A stretch of 32,000 bases of DNA from Sulfolobus acidocaldarius DSM 639 (GCF_000012285.1 NC_007181.1:1680001-1712000); one strand, 5' to 3'; shown: positions 8,340 through 16,743, numbered from the stretch's first letter. The notes: a model not told the origin generated them from the letters alone. Numbers and translations are program-made.

Positions 8340-8653
8340 ATCTCGATTTAAACTTAAACGGGATTAACGTTAGTTTCAAGATAGATACTGGCTTTGACGG
8401 AGAGTGCTTACTTCCACACGATATATTCAGTAAAATAGGTGGATATGAATATGACGGCCCTCCGGTCAGCTTGAGCGATGGAAGGGGATACCTGACGAGG
8501 GCTAAAATTGTGGAAGTTGTCTTTAACGGAAAAAATCTCATTTTGGAGTGTATATCAGTAGTGTACATAAATAAGACATTGCTAGGAGAGAGGGCACTCT
8601 CTAAATTAGGAATATTGATAGACTACAAAAACCAGGGGGTCAAAGACCCATGA
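8336..8653 (+). CDS. Retropepsin-like (clan AA) aspartic protease, single-domain monomer
   Basis: FKIDTGFDGECLLP carries D17-T18-G19 (nt 8384-8392). VSLSDGRG follows, and the C-terminal TLLGERAL (aa 81-88) corresponds to the retropepsin I/L-x-G-R-x-x-L motif. At 105 aa it is the size of one retropepsin subunit. ATGA overlaps occur at both ends (8336-8339 and 8650-8653). Confidence 0.75.
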   Translation: MNLDLNLNGINVSFKIDTGFDGECLLPHDIFSKIGGYEYDGPPVSLSDGRGYLTRAKIVEVVFNGKNLILECISVVYINKTLLGERALSKLGILIDYKNQGVKDP

Positions 8654-9336
8654 TTAAATTGGTCATAAGGTTAGAACCATCTACTGGTTATGTTATATCT
8701 GGTGAACCCTCTCCAGATAGAAAAGTAGAGTTCAACGCTAGTATATTTTATAGTTATCCTTATATCAACCCATCTACAATAAAAGGCTTTTTGAGGTCTG
8801 CAGCCGTTTACGGGTATCCTGATGTCTCATGTGAAATTCTAAGTTCCAAAACCATTATAAGTAACATAGATAGAATAAAGAAAAAAATACATAATGAGGA
8901 GCAAATTAGACTAAGTTTTATGTGCTCTGATATAGAGGATCTGTTAGAGAACAGGAATAGTAGGGAGGCAAGCGTATATTTAGAAGTGTTAGGTGATATA
9001 ATCCGTAAGCTAAAAAGACCTTGTAAGGTCTGCAGAGTTTTTGGTAACGGTAGTGTGAAGGGGAAACTCAGAATTATTTATCAAATTCGACCTTTAAATA
9101 CTACTGAGATTAAAGGGTTAAAATTCAGTAGGGAGTATAAGGAGAATAGGGAAGGTCTAAGTGTAATGATGTCCAAAGATCCCATAGAGTTCACTGTTTT
9201 GTGTGAAGATAAAGAGTGTCAGGAGGTAATAAAGAGAGCAGTTAGTGTAATTAACGATAGTGTAGTGAGACTAGGTAGGTTTAAGTCTAGAGGGTTCGGA
9301 ATAGTTAATGCAAAAATAGTATCAATGAGTACTTGA
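8650..9336 (+). CDS. cas7: Second, shorter RAMP protein (Cas7-group, paralog of the 394-aa protein)
   Basis: MIKLVIRLEPSTG..; INPSTIKGFLRS (aa 39-50); CKVCRVFGNGSVKGKLRI (aa 125-142, nearly the same motif as in the 394-aa protein); Gly-rich loop RLGRFKSRGFGIV (aa 207-219). Confidence 0.7.
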   Translation: MIKLVIRLEPSTGYVISGEPSPDRKVEFNASIFYSYPYINPSTIKGFLRSAAVYGYPDVSCEILSSKTIISNIDRIKKKIHNEEQIRLSFMCSDIEDLLENRNSREASVYLEVLGDIIRKLKRPCKVCRVFGNGSVKGKLRIIYQIRPLNTTEIKGLKFSREYKENREGLSVMMSKDPIEFTVLCEDKECQEVIKRAVSVINDSVVRLGRFKSRGFGIVNAKIVSMST

Positions 9337-9705
9337 ACATTCCGATAAAATTTCCTCCTCTTTCTTCCTATCTATAATGTTTCTGCTCCCATTTTCCTTA
9401 ATAGTTATGTAATTTAGGGCATTCTCGATCATATTAAACAGTCTGTCGCATTCCTCTTGCTCATTTATCAAGCAAATTATTTTTAATTCATTAGGTTCAT
9501 AAGACATTAAAATCCTCGACATGAAAGGTAGGTCTTTTTTACCACTACCAAATACACTCCTGTCAAAATCTCTGTTGCATAGAAGTGCATAGCATCTTAT
9601 AAACGACTTCAGTGTCCAAAGACTCCTCTCGATATTAGAACCCAACTCAACTCTAATTGCGTATATTTTAGGGCTCTTAGGGTCATACTTCAATATCCAT
9701 CGCAT
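9322..9705 (-). CDS. Hypothetical protein, last gene of the Cas10-like operon
   Basis: 127 aa. The start overlaps the end of the upstream 245-aa gene by 16 nt. The stop region overlaps the 3' end of the convergent RAMP gene by 15 nt. No motif recognised. Confidence 0.5.
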   Translation of the reverse strand: MRWILKYDPKSPKIYAIRVELGSNIERSLWTLKSFIRCYALLCNRDFDRSVFGSGKKDLPFMSRILMSYEPNELKIICLINEQEECDRLFNMIENALNYITIKENGSRNIIDRKKEEEILSECSSTH

Positions 9706-10427
9706 GGCGCAATCACTCCTGTACCCGCTTTCACATACTCTTTAGTATAATGCTCAATTGAATCCAGTGAACCAGGGAATTTATTGTAGAAACTACCAAA
9801 TTCATTGGATTCGTTGTACCTAAATGTGCATAGTAACACATTACGATCATTTTGCACCTCCTTTACCTTTTTGTCTTGCATATCAAAATAATACACTTTT
9901 CTATCTAGACCTAAGAAATTAGTGTTGTTAAACCTTTGAACAGTAATTCTCCTTAAGTAACCTCTATATTCCCCTAGGCTTTCCACGTCTTTCACAGGAA
10001 GATTGTGAACGCATAACTCATTACTTCTAGCCGTATACTCGGATATTTCAACCATCTCGAATACAGTATAGTTATTCCCAACTAGAACTAGATACTTTTT
10101 CAACAAATCTTCAACGGATCGCAGGTCACTAGATATCACATAACCTTGAAAGTCCACATACGGACCATCCTTTGAGATTAGCTTATGGTACAAATATGGC
10201 ATGGAATAGTTCACAACTCTATCTAGCCTTATCCTTAATCTATCATAGTGTTTAACTTTGTTACCATTTCGTTTAACGATGTAGAAATTAGTGAACATTA
10301 TATCATAACTCCTTGTGTCCTTATTTATCACCATACCGTAGACTAAACCACCTGCAATAGTCGTAGATGGTAGTACATCCGCTCTATATCCATTGTATGC
10401 CCTTAGAACAGCCTTTAACAATTTCAT
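9690..10427 (-). CDS. Cas5-group RAMP-like protein (Csm4/Cmr3-like), tentative
   Basis: The N-terminal VLPSTTIAGGLVYGM (aa 18-32) resembles the lPS.Tl.GAl motif of Csm4/Cmr3. A weak C-terminal Gly loop KAGTGVIAP is present. An ATGA overlap (10424-10427) joins it to the upstream Cas10-like gene, the usual cas10-cas5 adjacency of type III loci. Confidence 0.5.
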   Translation of the reverse strand: MKLLKAVLRAYNGYRADVLPSTTIAGGLVYGMVINKDTRSYDIMFTNFYIVKRNGNKVKHYDRLRIRLDRVVNYSMPYLYHKLISKDGPYVDFQGYVISSDLRSVEDLLKKYLVLVGNNYTVFEMVEISEYTARSNELCVHNLPVKDVESLGEYRGYLRRITVQRFNNTNFLGLDRKVYYFDMQDKKVKEVQNDRNVLLCTFRYNESNEFGSFYNKFPGSLDSIEHYTKEYVKAGTGVIAPCDGY

Positions 10428-13081
10428 GCCAACAACCTCGCCACGTATGCCATTATAATATCATCTCTTTCATATTTAACAGAGAATGGTTTTCGATCTG
10501 ATGAATACCTCTTTACGTATTTCTCAAACCCTTCTACTTTCTTATACTCCCTGAACTCTGGATAAGTTACATCTGGCGCAGAAGATACTACGAATTCATT
10601 GAGCTTCTGAGGATCTCCATGCTCAGATATCCTTTTGAAAGCAGTAAATAGTTCATTATAACTGAAAGAATTAAGGTCACCTATGGGCATACCACCTTTG
10701 TTCAATATCACTGGCACCACATCTACTACCCTGATATCGTCCTTGCCATTAATCTCTGTAACTTCTCTGTCTAAGAGCCTAAATACCATATATAGAGGTG
10801 TTTCAGGCTTTGCCTTTATAAGGAAAATTTTTATTGAATGTTCAAGGATTGCTTCCTGAGCTCTACCAGGAGTGTCAAAGATACCAAAGACCTTGCCTAT
10901 TAAATCTAATACTTTTGGTAAATCATCTTTCTTAATAGCGAGCATAGAATACTCAGTAGTTGATGATGAAGGTATCAAAGTGATATAATCTATGTTGCTA
11001 TTTATTAGTAGGTATTCAAGATATTCTACTAGAATTGAGAAATGGATCTTTAGTGAGAAAGTCCTATCTAAAGAGATGGATATATCAATCATTTCATTGT
11101 TTTCAGCACTAATCATCTTTACAAATTCTAGACGCTTTTTAAAAAATTTTAATCTCATTTCATTCTCTGGATCATTTGTCAGTGTCTTCCGAGCTATATT
11201 GTTTATTAACATGTTATCCTTCTTTTTTGACTTGTCAACCCCATTTATCATTAGTATACTTTTTATCATACCTTTGAGAGTTGTTCCATTTTCAGACTTG
11301 CACAGACACTCTACTAAAAATTCAGAAATGGTGTCTGCGTCTGGTTTACTTAAACTAGATAGTTTTTCTAAATATTTCCTCAAGAATAATTCTATACATC
11401 CTTGAAAATTCTGATTGAAATTACAATCTTTCTTTACAGGGTAAAAATCTTTTATTTTTTCGGTCATGCCTTTAATTACATTTATAATTTCAGACAAGAA
11501 TTCATTTAGGCTAACTTCTAGTTTATTAACCTCAAAGAAATCTGATATACTAATTTTTCTGTCCTTTAAAACGTGCTTCATATCTAACTTGAAAACAAGG
11601 TAAATAAGATCTTTCCCCTTTGCAAATTCATCGATGCTTTGTCTCACTAAAATTTTCTCAGTCCTCTTTAGATACAATCCCTCATCTCCAGTCTGTTGCC
11701 TAACCTCTCCAATTAAGCTACTTGCTATTCTAGTGGTTAAACAAATGTCACAAAGCCTTTCATCCTCCTTGACAATAAACATGCTCCTAAGTTCATCCCA
11801 TATGGAATCTTCCAACTTTACGGCTTTCCTGACTTTACACTTATCACATAACTTATCCGAAGTGATACTTCCATCGTACTCAATTTTAATGATCCTGAAA
11901 TAATCGGTATGATCTGTGGTTTTCAGTAATTCATTAACTTTCTCAGCTAACTTTATCTTATCCTCGCTGTCCTTTTCAACCTTACCTAACTCTGAGACTA
12001 CTAATATTATATCGCTTTTCCTTTCAGTGCGTTTAGGGGGTTTGTCGGATACTAATTTAGGCCACGCATGTGTGTATATTGTCTCAATGGTATCTTTAAG
12101 ACTAGTCTTTGTACATTCTTCTAGAGATTTTTCATCGTTATAGAAGACAGTTAAAAAGCTCTTTATTTGACTAGGATTAATCTCCTCAGATTCATGGATG
12201 TATACGTTGAACACGAATGAGTTGAAGAAGTCTACTATGGACATATTTAGGAAAGCATAAAGCCCTAAATTCTCCGTGTCTAGAACCTTCTCTAGAGCCT
12301 TTTGAAAATCTATATTAAGTTTATCCCACAGGCAAAGATTAAGATGATACAGGAAAATATTAGTAATGATATATAGTCCCCTTACATCCTTAAGGGTTCT
12401 TAGATCGGTCTCGAAAGGATTAGAAATGCTGAACACTTTCACGACGCCTTTCCTAAACAATAGATCTGCTAATAAAGCACCCTTAAGGTGTGCTAAAACA
12501 GATATATCGTTACCAGAAATCCAACTTCTCTGGGGAAAAAACTTGATCGAGTCAATTAGAGAACTAAAAGTTTTCATGTCAAACGGCTTACCATTTTCTG
12601 CAATATTACGTAGTTGATCATAAGTCCCATTACCATACTTGAAGTCAATAAAATTCCTTACGTACTCACTACTAAGGTCTTTAAACCAATTTTGGAACAA
12701 TGATCTTTCTACCTTGATTGATCTTCCATTATTTTCCTCTAATAAAATCGGAAACCCCCTTAAATCAAAGGAAATGACTATTTTTGAAGGCAAATCATTC
12801 ATGACATTTTTAAAGAGCTCCTGGTCTCTTGACTGTGCCTCTATTAGTTTTTCCGACTCTTCTGCAATACTTGCAATATGGTCGCATATCTCGTAGTAAG
12901 TAGAGTCATTTTTATCTCTACCTGCTGGTAAAATACCCTTAAAGAGGTCATGTATATAACACATTACAGGGCTTTGCCCATAATCTGCCAACATATAATT
13001 TCTAAGTACTTCATCATGACCTAGTGAACCCACATGTAGAATTAATGAACTATAAAATAAATTCTTTATCCTACTCGTCAT
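10424..13081 (-). CDS. cas10: Cas10-like large subunit, divergent (zinc finger retained, canonical GGDD cyclase motif not found)
   Basis: 885 aa. CDKC-x28-CDIC (aa 412-447, nt 11741-11848) is like the Cas10 treble-clef zinc finger. ISVLAHLKGALLADLL (aa 193-208) resembles the conserved sL.dH...taaiA.aL segment. LIYLVFKLDMKHV (aa 492-504) is a candidate first Palm2 strand. IDYITLIPSSSTTEYSMLAIKKDDLPKVLDLIGKVF (aa 697-732) sits where vYaGGDDl.lvG.wd.v would be expected. N-terminal His/Asp candidates are LILHVGSLGHD and YIHDLFKG. The RAMP gene context supports the call. Confidence 0.55.
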   Translation of the reverse strand: MTSRIKNLFYSSLILHVGSLGHDEVLRNYMLADYGQSPVMCYIHDLFKGILPAGRDKNDSTYYEICDHIASIAEESEKLIEAQSRDQELFKNVMNDLPSKIVISFDLRGFPILLEENNGRSIKVERSLFQNWFKDLSSEYVRNFIDFKYGNGTYDQLRNIAENGKPFDMKTFSSLIDSIKFFPQRSWISGNDISVLAHLKGALLADLLFRKGVVKVFSISNPFETDLRTLKDVRGLYIITNIFLYHLNLCLWDKLNIDFQKALEKVLDTENLGLYAFLNMSIVDFFNSFVFNVYIHESEEINPSQIKSFLTVFYNDEKSLEECTKTSLKDTIETIYTHAWPKLVSDKPPKRTERKSDIILVVSELGKVEKDSEDKIKLAEKVNELLKTTDHTDYFRIIKIEYDGSITSDKLCDKCKVRKAVKLEDSIWDELRSMFIVKEDERLCDICLTTRIASSLIGEVRQQTGDEGLYLKRTEKILVRQSIDEFAKGKDLIYLVFKLDMKHVLKDRKISISDFFEVNKLEVSLNEFLSEIINVIKGMTEKIKDFYPVKKDCNFNQNFQGCIELFLRKYLEKLSSLSKPDADTISEFLVECLCKSENGTTLKGMIKSILMINGVDKSKKKDNMLINNIARKTLTNDPENEMRLKFFKKRLEFVKMISAENNEMIDISISLDRTFSLKIHFSILVEYLEYLLINSNIDYITLIPSSSTTEYSMLAIKKDDLPKVLDLIGKVFGIFDTPGRAQEAILEHSIKIFLIKAKPETPLYMVFRLLDREVTEINGKDDIRVVDVVPVILNKGGMPIGDLNSFSYNELFTAFKRISEHGDPQKLNEFVVSSAPDVTYPEFREYKKVEGFEKYVKRYSSDRKPFSVKYERDDIIMAYVARLLA

Positions 13082-14012
13082 ACTAGTAGTGTAATTGCAC
13101 TTTGCAACAAGTATTTGTGTTAGAATGAAAATTTCGATAACGTCGTTGAAGGGTCTAACCCTATTAGGACGTATATTCTTTAAGTTGACATGAAAACATT
13201 TTATGTTCTCCCTAGTTCTAATGAACGTAAAAACTTGTTATTCCTTTGAACCTCGTCTCATATAAACTATGAGAAAAGATCAGTCTTCTCTTACTTTCTC
13301 CTATTAACTATGATTCTTGTGAGAGGTATACAAATTCGTCTGTATGATTATAGTACAATAATTTTTCACGTTTCTACCTTTGTTTTTTCCTCAACTATGT
13401 CTACGCGTGATCTCTGGTAGACCAGTTTTAACGTTAAAGCGGTCAGAATAAGACTTCCATTAAACAACGGCAATTGATCCTCGATATTAGAAGAAAGGTT
13501 GATGAGTCATATTACGGAGTATCTAACTTCACCATTGCCAAATGTTATAAAAAGAGACGTTTTACTTTCTTTAGACATGGATCGCATCATAACTCTAACT
13601 GTAGGTAAAAGAAATACTTATTCATAGGTTAAGATGAGGTTCCATTTTAAGAAACCTATTGAAGTATTCTTCTCCATGTTTTCTGTGTATGGTTGTATTG
13701 CATTTATGAAGGTAAAAACTCTGATAACGCTTTTTATATATACGGAAAAATTAAGGCTGTCAAAATTGTAAAGGAATTTAAGAAGCTAGAATTACAGAAG
13801 AGGCTTTAAAGATTTGAGGGAAAGTTAAATTGAGGGTCTAATATATAGAGTTAATGAGGTTTTTAAATCTTTACTCTAGTTATCATAATCTAGTTAAAAC
13901 TGTAAAAAATATCTGCTTCTACTTAAAATATACTACCATCAATAAATATCTTTCACTTAAAAGAGGATTATTTATCATATAAAAAATCTCTCTACTACTT
14001 CACATTATAAAA

Positions 14013-14750
14013 GTGGGTTATTCACTAGTTCGCTTAGTGTTGAAAAGCTTTAAAGTTAGGTATTACATTCTTATTCACGTGCCAAGAATTAGTAATGAGG
14101 AATTGCAGCGGATCTATAACGACCTACCAAAATTTTATGATCGAGCTAACGCCTTAATTTCATTCTTTAAGGATGTGGAATGGAGGGCAACTCTGGTAAA
14201 ATATATATCTTACTACTATCCTGATACAAGAAGAATATTAGATGTTGCATGCGGTAAGGGTGAACTATCTTATGTCATTAATAAAATGATAAAAGCTGAA
14301 ACGGTCATGGTTGATTATGCTGAAAATATGTTATTAAACTCTTTTGTTAAAACAGATCGAGTTCAAGGGTCATTCTATAAATTACCTTTTAGAGATGAAA
14401 GTTTTGATTGTGTAGTAAGCAGTTTCGCTTTACATTCTGCAGATGATATAGGGGAAGTAGTAAAAGAGATGGCTAGGGTGTCCAGAAATTGCGTGGGAGT
14501 GATAGCAATGGGGAAATCAGATAACGTGATGTACAGGAAGTATGCGTCATTTTATTTAAGTTACATTCAGCCTTACTTAGCATGTCTGGTCGGAGCTAAA
14601 TCAAGGGATTACAAATACATTTTCTACATTTATCAGAGGATACCCACAAATAACCAATTGAGAAACATTATAAGTAAAATCCTTGACCTAAAGATCTTTG
14701 AAGAAAAAGCTCTTGGAACAGTTTACATATTTTTAGGTTCAAAACATTAA
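14013..14750 (+). CDS. Class I SAM-dependent methyltransferase, UbiE/MenG-like
   Basis: FYDRANALISFFKDVEWR matches the UbiE-family YD.mN..mS.G.hr.WR motif. ILDVACGKGELS is SAM-binding motif I. LPFRDESFDCVVSSFALH is motif II/III. The true start may be the in-frame GTG at 14079, which has a tttaaag element about 25 nt upstream. Confidence 0.8.
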   Translation: MGYSLVRLVLKSFKVRYYILIHVPRISNEELQRIYNDLPKFYDRANALISFFKDVEWRATLVKYISYYYPDTRRILDVACGKGELSYVINKMIKAETVMVDYAENMLLNSFVKTDRVQGSFYKLPFRDESFDCVVSSFALHSADDIGEVVKEMARVSRNCVGVIAMGKSDNVMYRKYASFYLSYIQPYLACLVGAKSRDYKYIFYIYQRIPTNNQLRNIISKILDLKIFEEKALGTVYIFLGSKH

Positions 14751-16735
14751 ATAATGGAACATTAAATCCTTAAATCGTTAGTACACAAATGAGTCATAAG
14801 GTTTGTTTTAGCAACTAATTTTTATGAGTCTCTTTAAAGGAGCAGGAATTTCACTTTAAATACATCTTTGGCAGTCAAACCAAAAGCATAACTGTTCAAG
14901 TTAAGGCACCTTTGATATCACCTAAAGTAAGTGATGAGAGAGTTGTAGGAAAACATAAACATGGCTCAACTCCTATAACACAAAATTCCTTTACGCCTTT
15001 AATACTCCCACATCAGTTTGATTTGTTTTGACCAGGACGAGAAAGGAAGGTAAAGGGCGATGATGTCCGCTTTGGAAGCCTATTTAAAATTGAAAAGTAT
15101 CCCATGAGCGAGAAGACATGTAAACCTAAGCAGGAAGCTATTATACCTAGAAGGGTTAACGTTGAGATCTATGAAAAAGAATGAAGATTTTGGAATATGA
15201 GATCAAAGGTCATGGATATCTTATATATTTTATGTGAGTAAAAAGAGGGTATAGTACCAAACAATGATTCTAAAAGTAATAATTTTACTGTTGTTATGGA
15301 TCATTATGATATTCTCATTAGTCTCCACTACCATGAGAATGAAATTTTTTAGTGTACAACTAGATTTGAGGAATGACTACGTTCTATGGCTGGGTATATA
15401 ACTGCGTACTTAGTAAACTTTTCAGATCGTATAATATTATGTTTTTTAAAAGGGTTTTATTTATTCATGGTAGAAGGTCAGGGTACAATTCCCTACATGT
15501 GTATAGGAATGTCTTTAAAGTACTCGTTGATAGAGCTGTATTTAGTACCTTTAAATCACATTTAGTTATTAAAGTACTAGTGTAGTCTTTCAAAAACTAT
15601 TTGCGTTAATTTTATACGATATAGACTTAAACCTTTAATTAGCCGGTCTGATACATTTTGATAACATAATTTTTGATAATAAAATAGGATACGAAAAGTC
15701 GTTCTTACTCTCGGTTAAGGATAGGTAAGAAAAGACCTAAGGAGTCGAACAGACTACTAAACAGTAAAATAAAGTAGATCTCCACCACCTCTTCTTCTAT
15801 GAAATAACGTCATAATACAACAATTCAATGAGAGTATATACACGTCACGAGAACCTTTAGACTTGAGATGATTAACATGAGCAATAAATAGACTGGGATC
15901 ACTCTAACATGAAGTAACCACTGAAATGTGGATTTATTATGATTTATACCTTTTCTCCAATACTATAATAAATACTATAATAAAACATTTACCGCATATG
16001 GATATAATGAGAACAGGGTTTCGTAGAACAGCTCATTCCCTAGTAGTCTTAACCACAAAGGTAGATTCGAAGTAATAGTTTTGTGCTAGAGAATCAAGAT
16101 TTCTACGTGTGGGAGTACGAGAGGTGAGAAGTTTAAGAAGAGAGCCGATGAGTGGCTATTTTCTTCGGTAACGAGTTTTCAAGGTTATTTACAGAAATGG
16201 ATTTAGAGTCAATAGAAGACGTTCACACAGAGGCTTAGAACGAAATATGCAAGGAGTTCACAAAACAGCCTACTTGAAATGGGATTATGAAAAACTTCGC
16301 ATACTAGTATTTAATCTCTGGAAAATTTTTATGGTTAAATTAGCAATGTTTCATGGCCTTTAGTGGGTTAACTGATTATCTCGATCTATTGCTTAGTAAT
16401 ATGCCATATCGATCTTGTGATGAAATAAGGAGAAAACTATGGACTTTAAAAGTTCTTGTAAGAAAGGGGAGGTAGGACTTAATCTTTGCAAAATTAAGAA
16501 AGTTGTGTTATTCTTATGTTCTAAAAGTAAGTATGTGTGTTAATGCCTTGTAGAGCAAACAGGTTTACAACACGAGAGAGGCTAAGGGCTCATCCTTTAT
16601 AAGTGAGATCATATCTGCAAACTCAGCGAGAGCGCTAAGATTAAAGTTCACTCTACCTAGATGCTTTTAGCACATGAAAATTTAATTATCTCTGCGTATA
16701 CATGAAAAGACTTATAATAAAAAGAGTCCATAATC

Positions 16736-16743
16736 TTTATAAA
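16736..16743 (+). promoter_or_regulatory. TATA box for the 16766 gene (leaderless-type spacing)
   Basis: tttataaa is centred about 26 nt upstream of the ATG at 16766. Confidence 0.45.

Noticed and set aside
12736-12744. NGKDD (aa 778-782 of the Cas10-like protein) as the GGDD cyclase motif
   Set aside because: It is not preceded by the hydrophobic strand seen before GGDD. It leaves only about 100 residues for the rest of Palm2 plus the D4 domain. The aa 697-732 segment fits the surrounding pattern better. It is kept as a caveat because only a structural alignment can settle it.
10992-12896. Five plus-strand ORFs (10992-11405, 11634-11903, 11916-12143, 12366-12617, 12639-12896)
   Set aside because: All lie antisense inside the 885-aa Cas10-like gene and have Ser/Leu/Phe/Ile-rich shadow-ORF composition. 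The long minus-strand frame explains them. The same reasoning rejects 876-1109, 2877-3059, 3144-3479, 4255-4449, 5159-5356, 6861-7067, 7808-8191, 8272-8568, 21699-22049, 22084-22326, 27277-27474, 29715-30122 and 31530-31826.
14931-14990. C/D-box sRNA candidates seeded on gtgatga (box C) at 135-141, 14931-14937 and 16417-16423
   Set aside because: None has a ctga box D/D' at the required spacing within the following roughly 60 nt, and no terminal stem is evident.
15373-15585. 70-aa ORF in the gene-poor region
   Set aside because: Its composition is unusual (Phe/Tyr/Val/Arg-rich, no motif), no promoter-like element sits at proper spacing, and it lies in a region where all frames are riddled with stops. 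It is probably not a real gene.
16000-16700. Degenerate transposase or IS fragment
   Set aside because: Translations in all frames gave only short stop-riddled peptides with no DDE, OrfB or other transposase motif that I recognise, and no terminal inverted repeats were seen.
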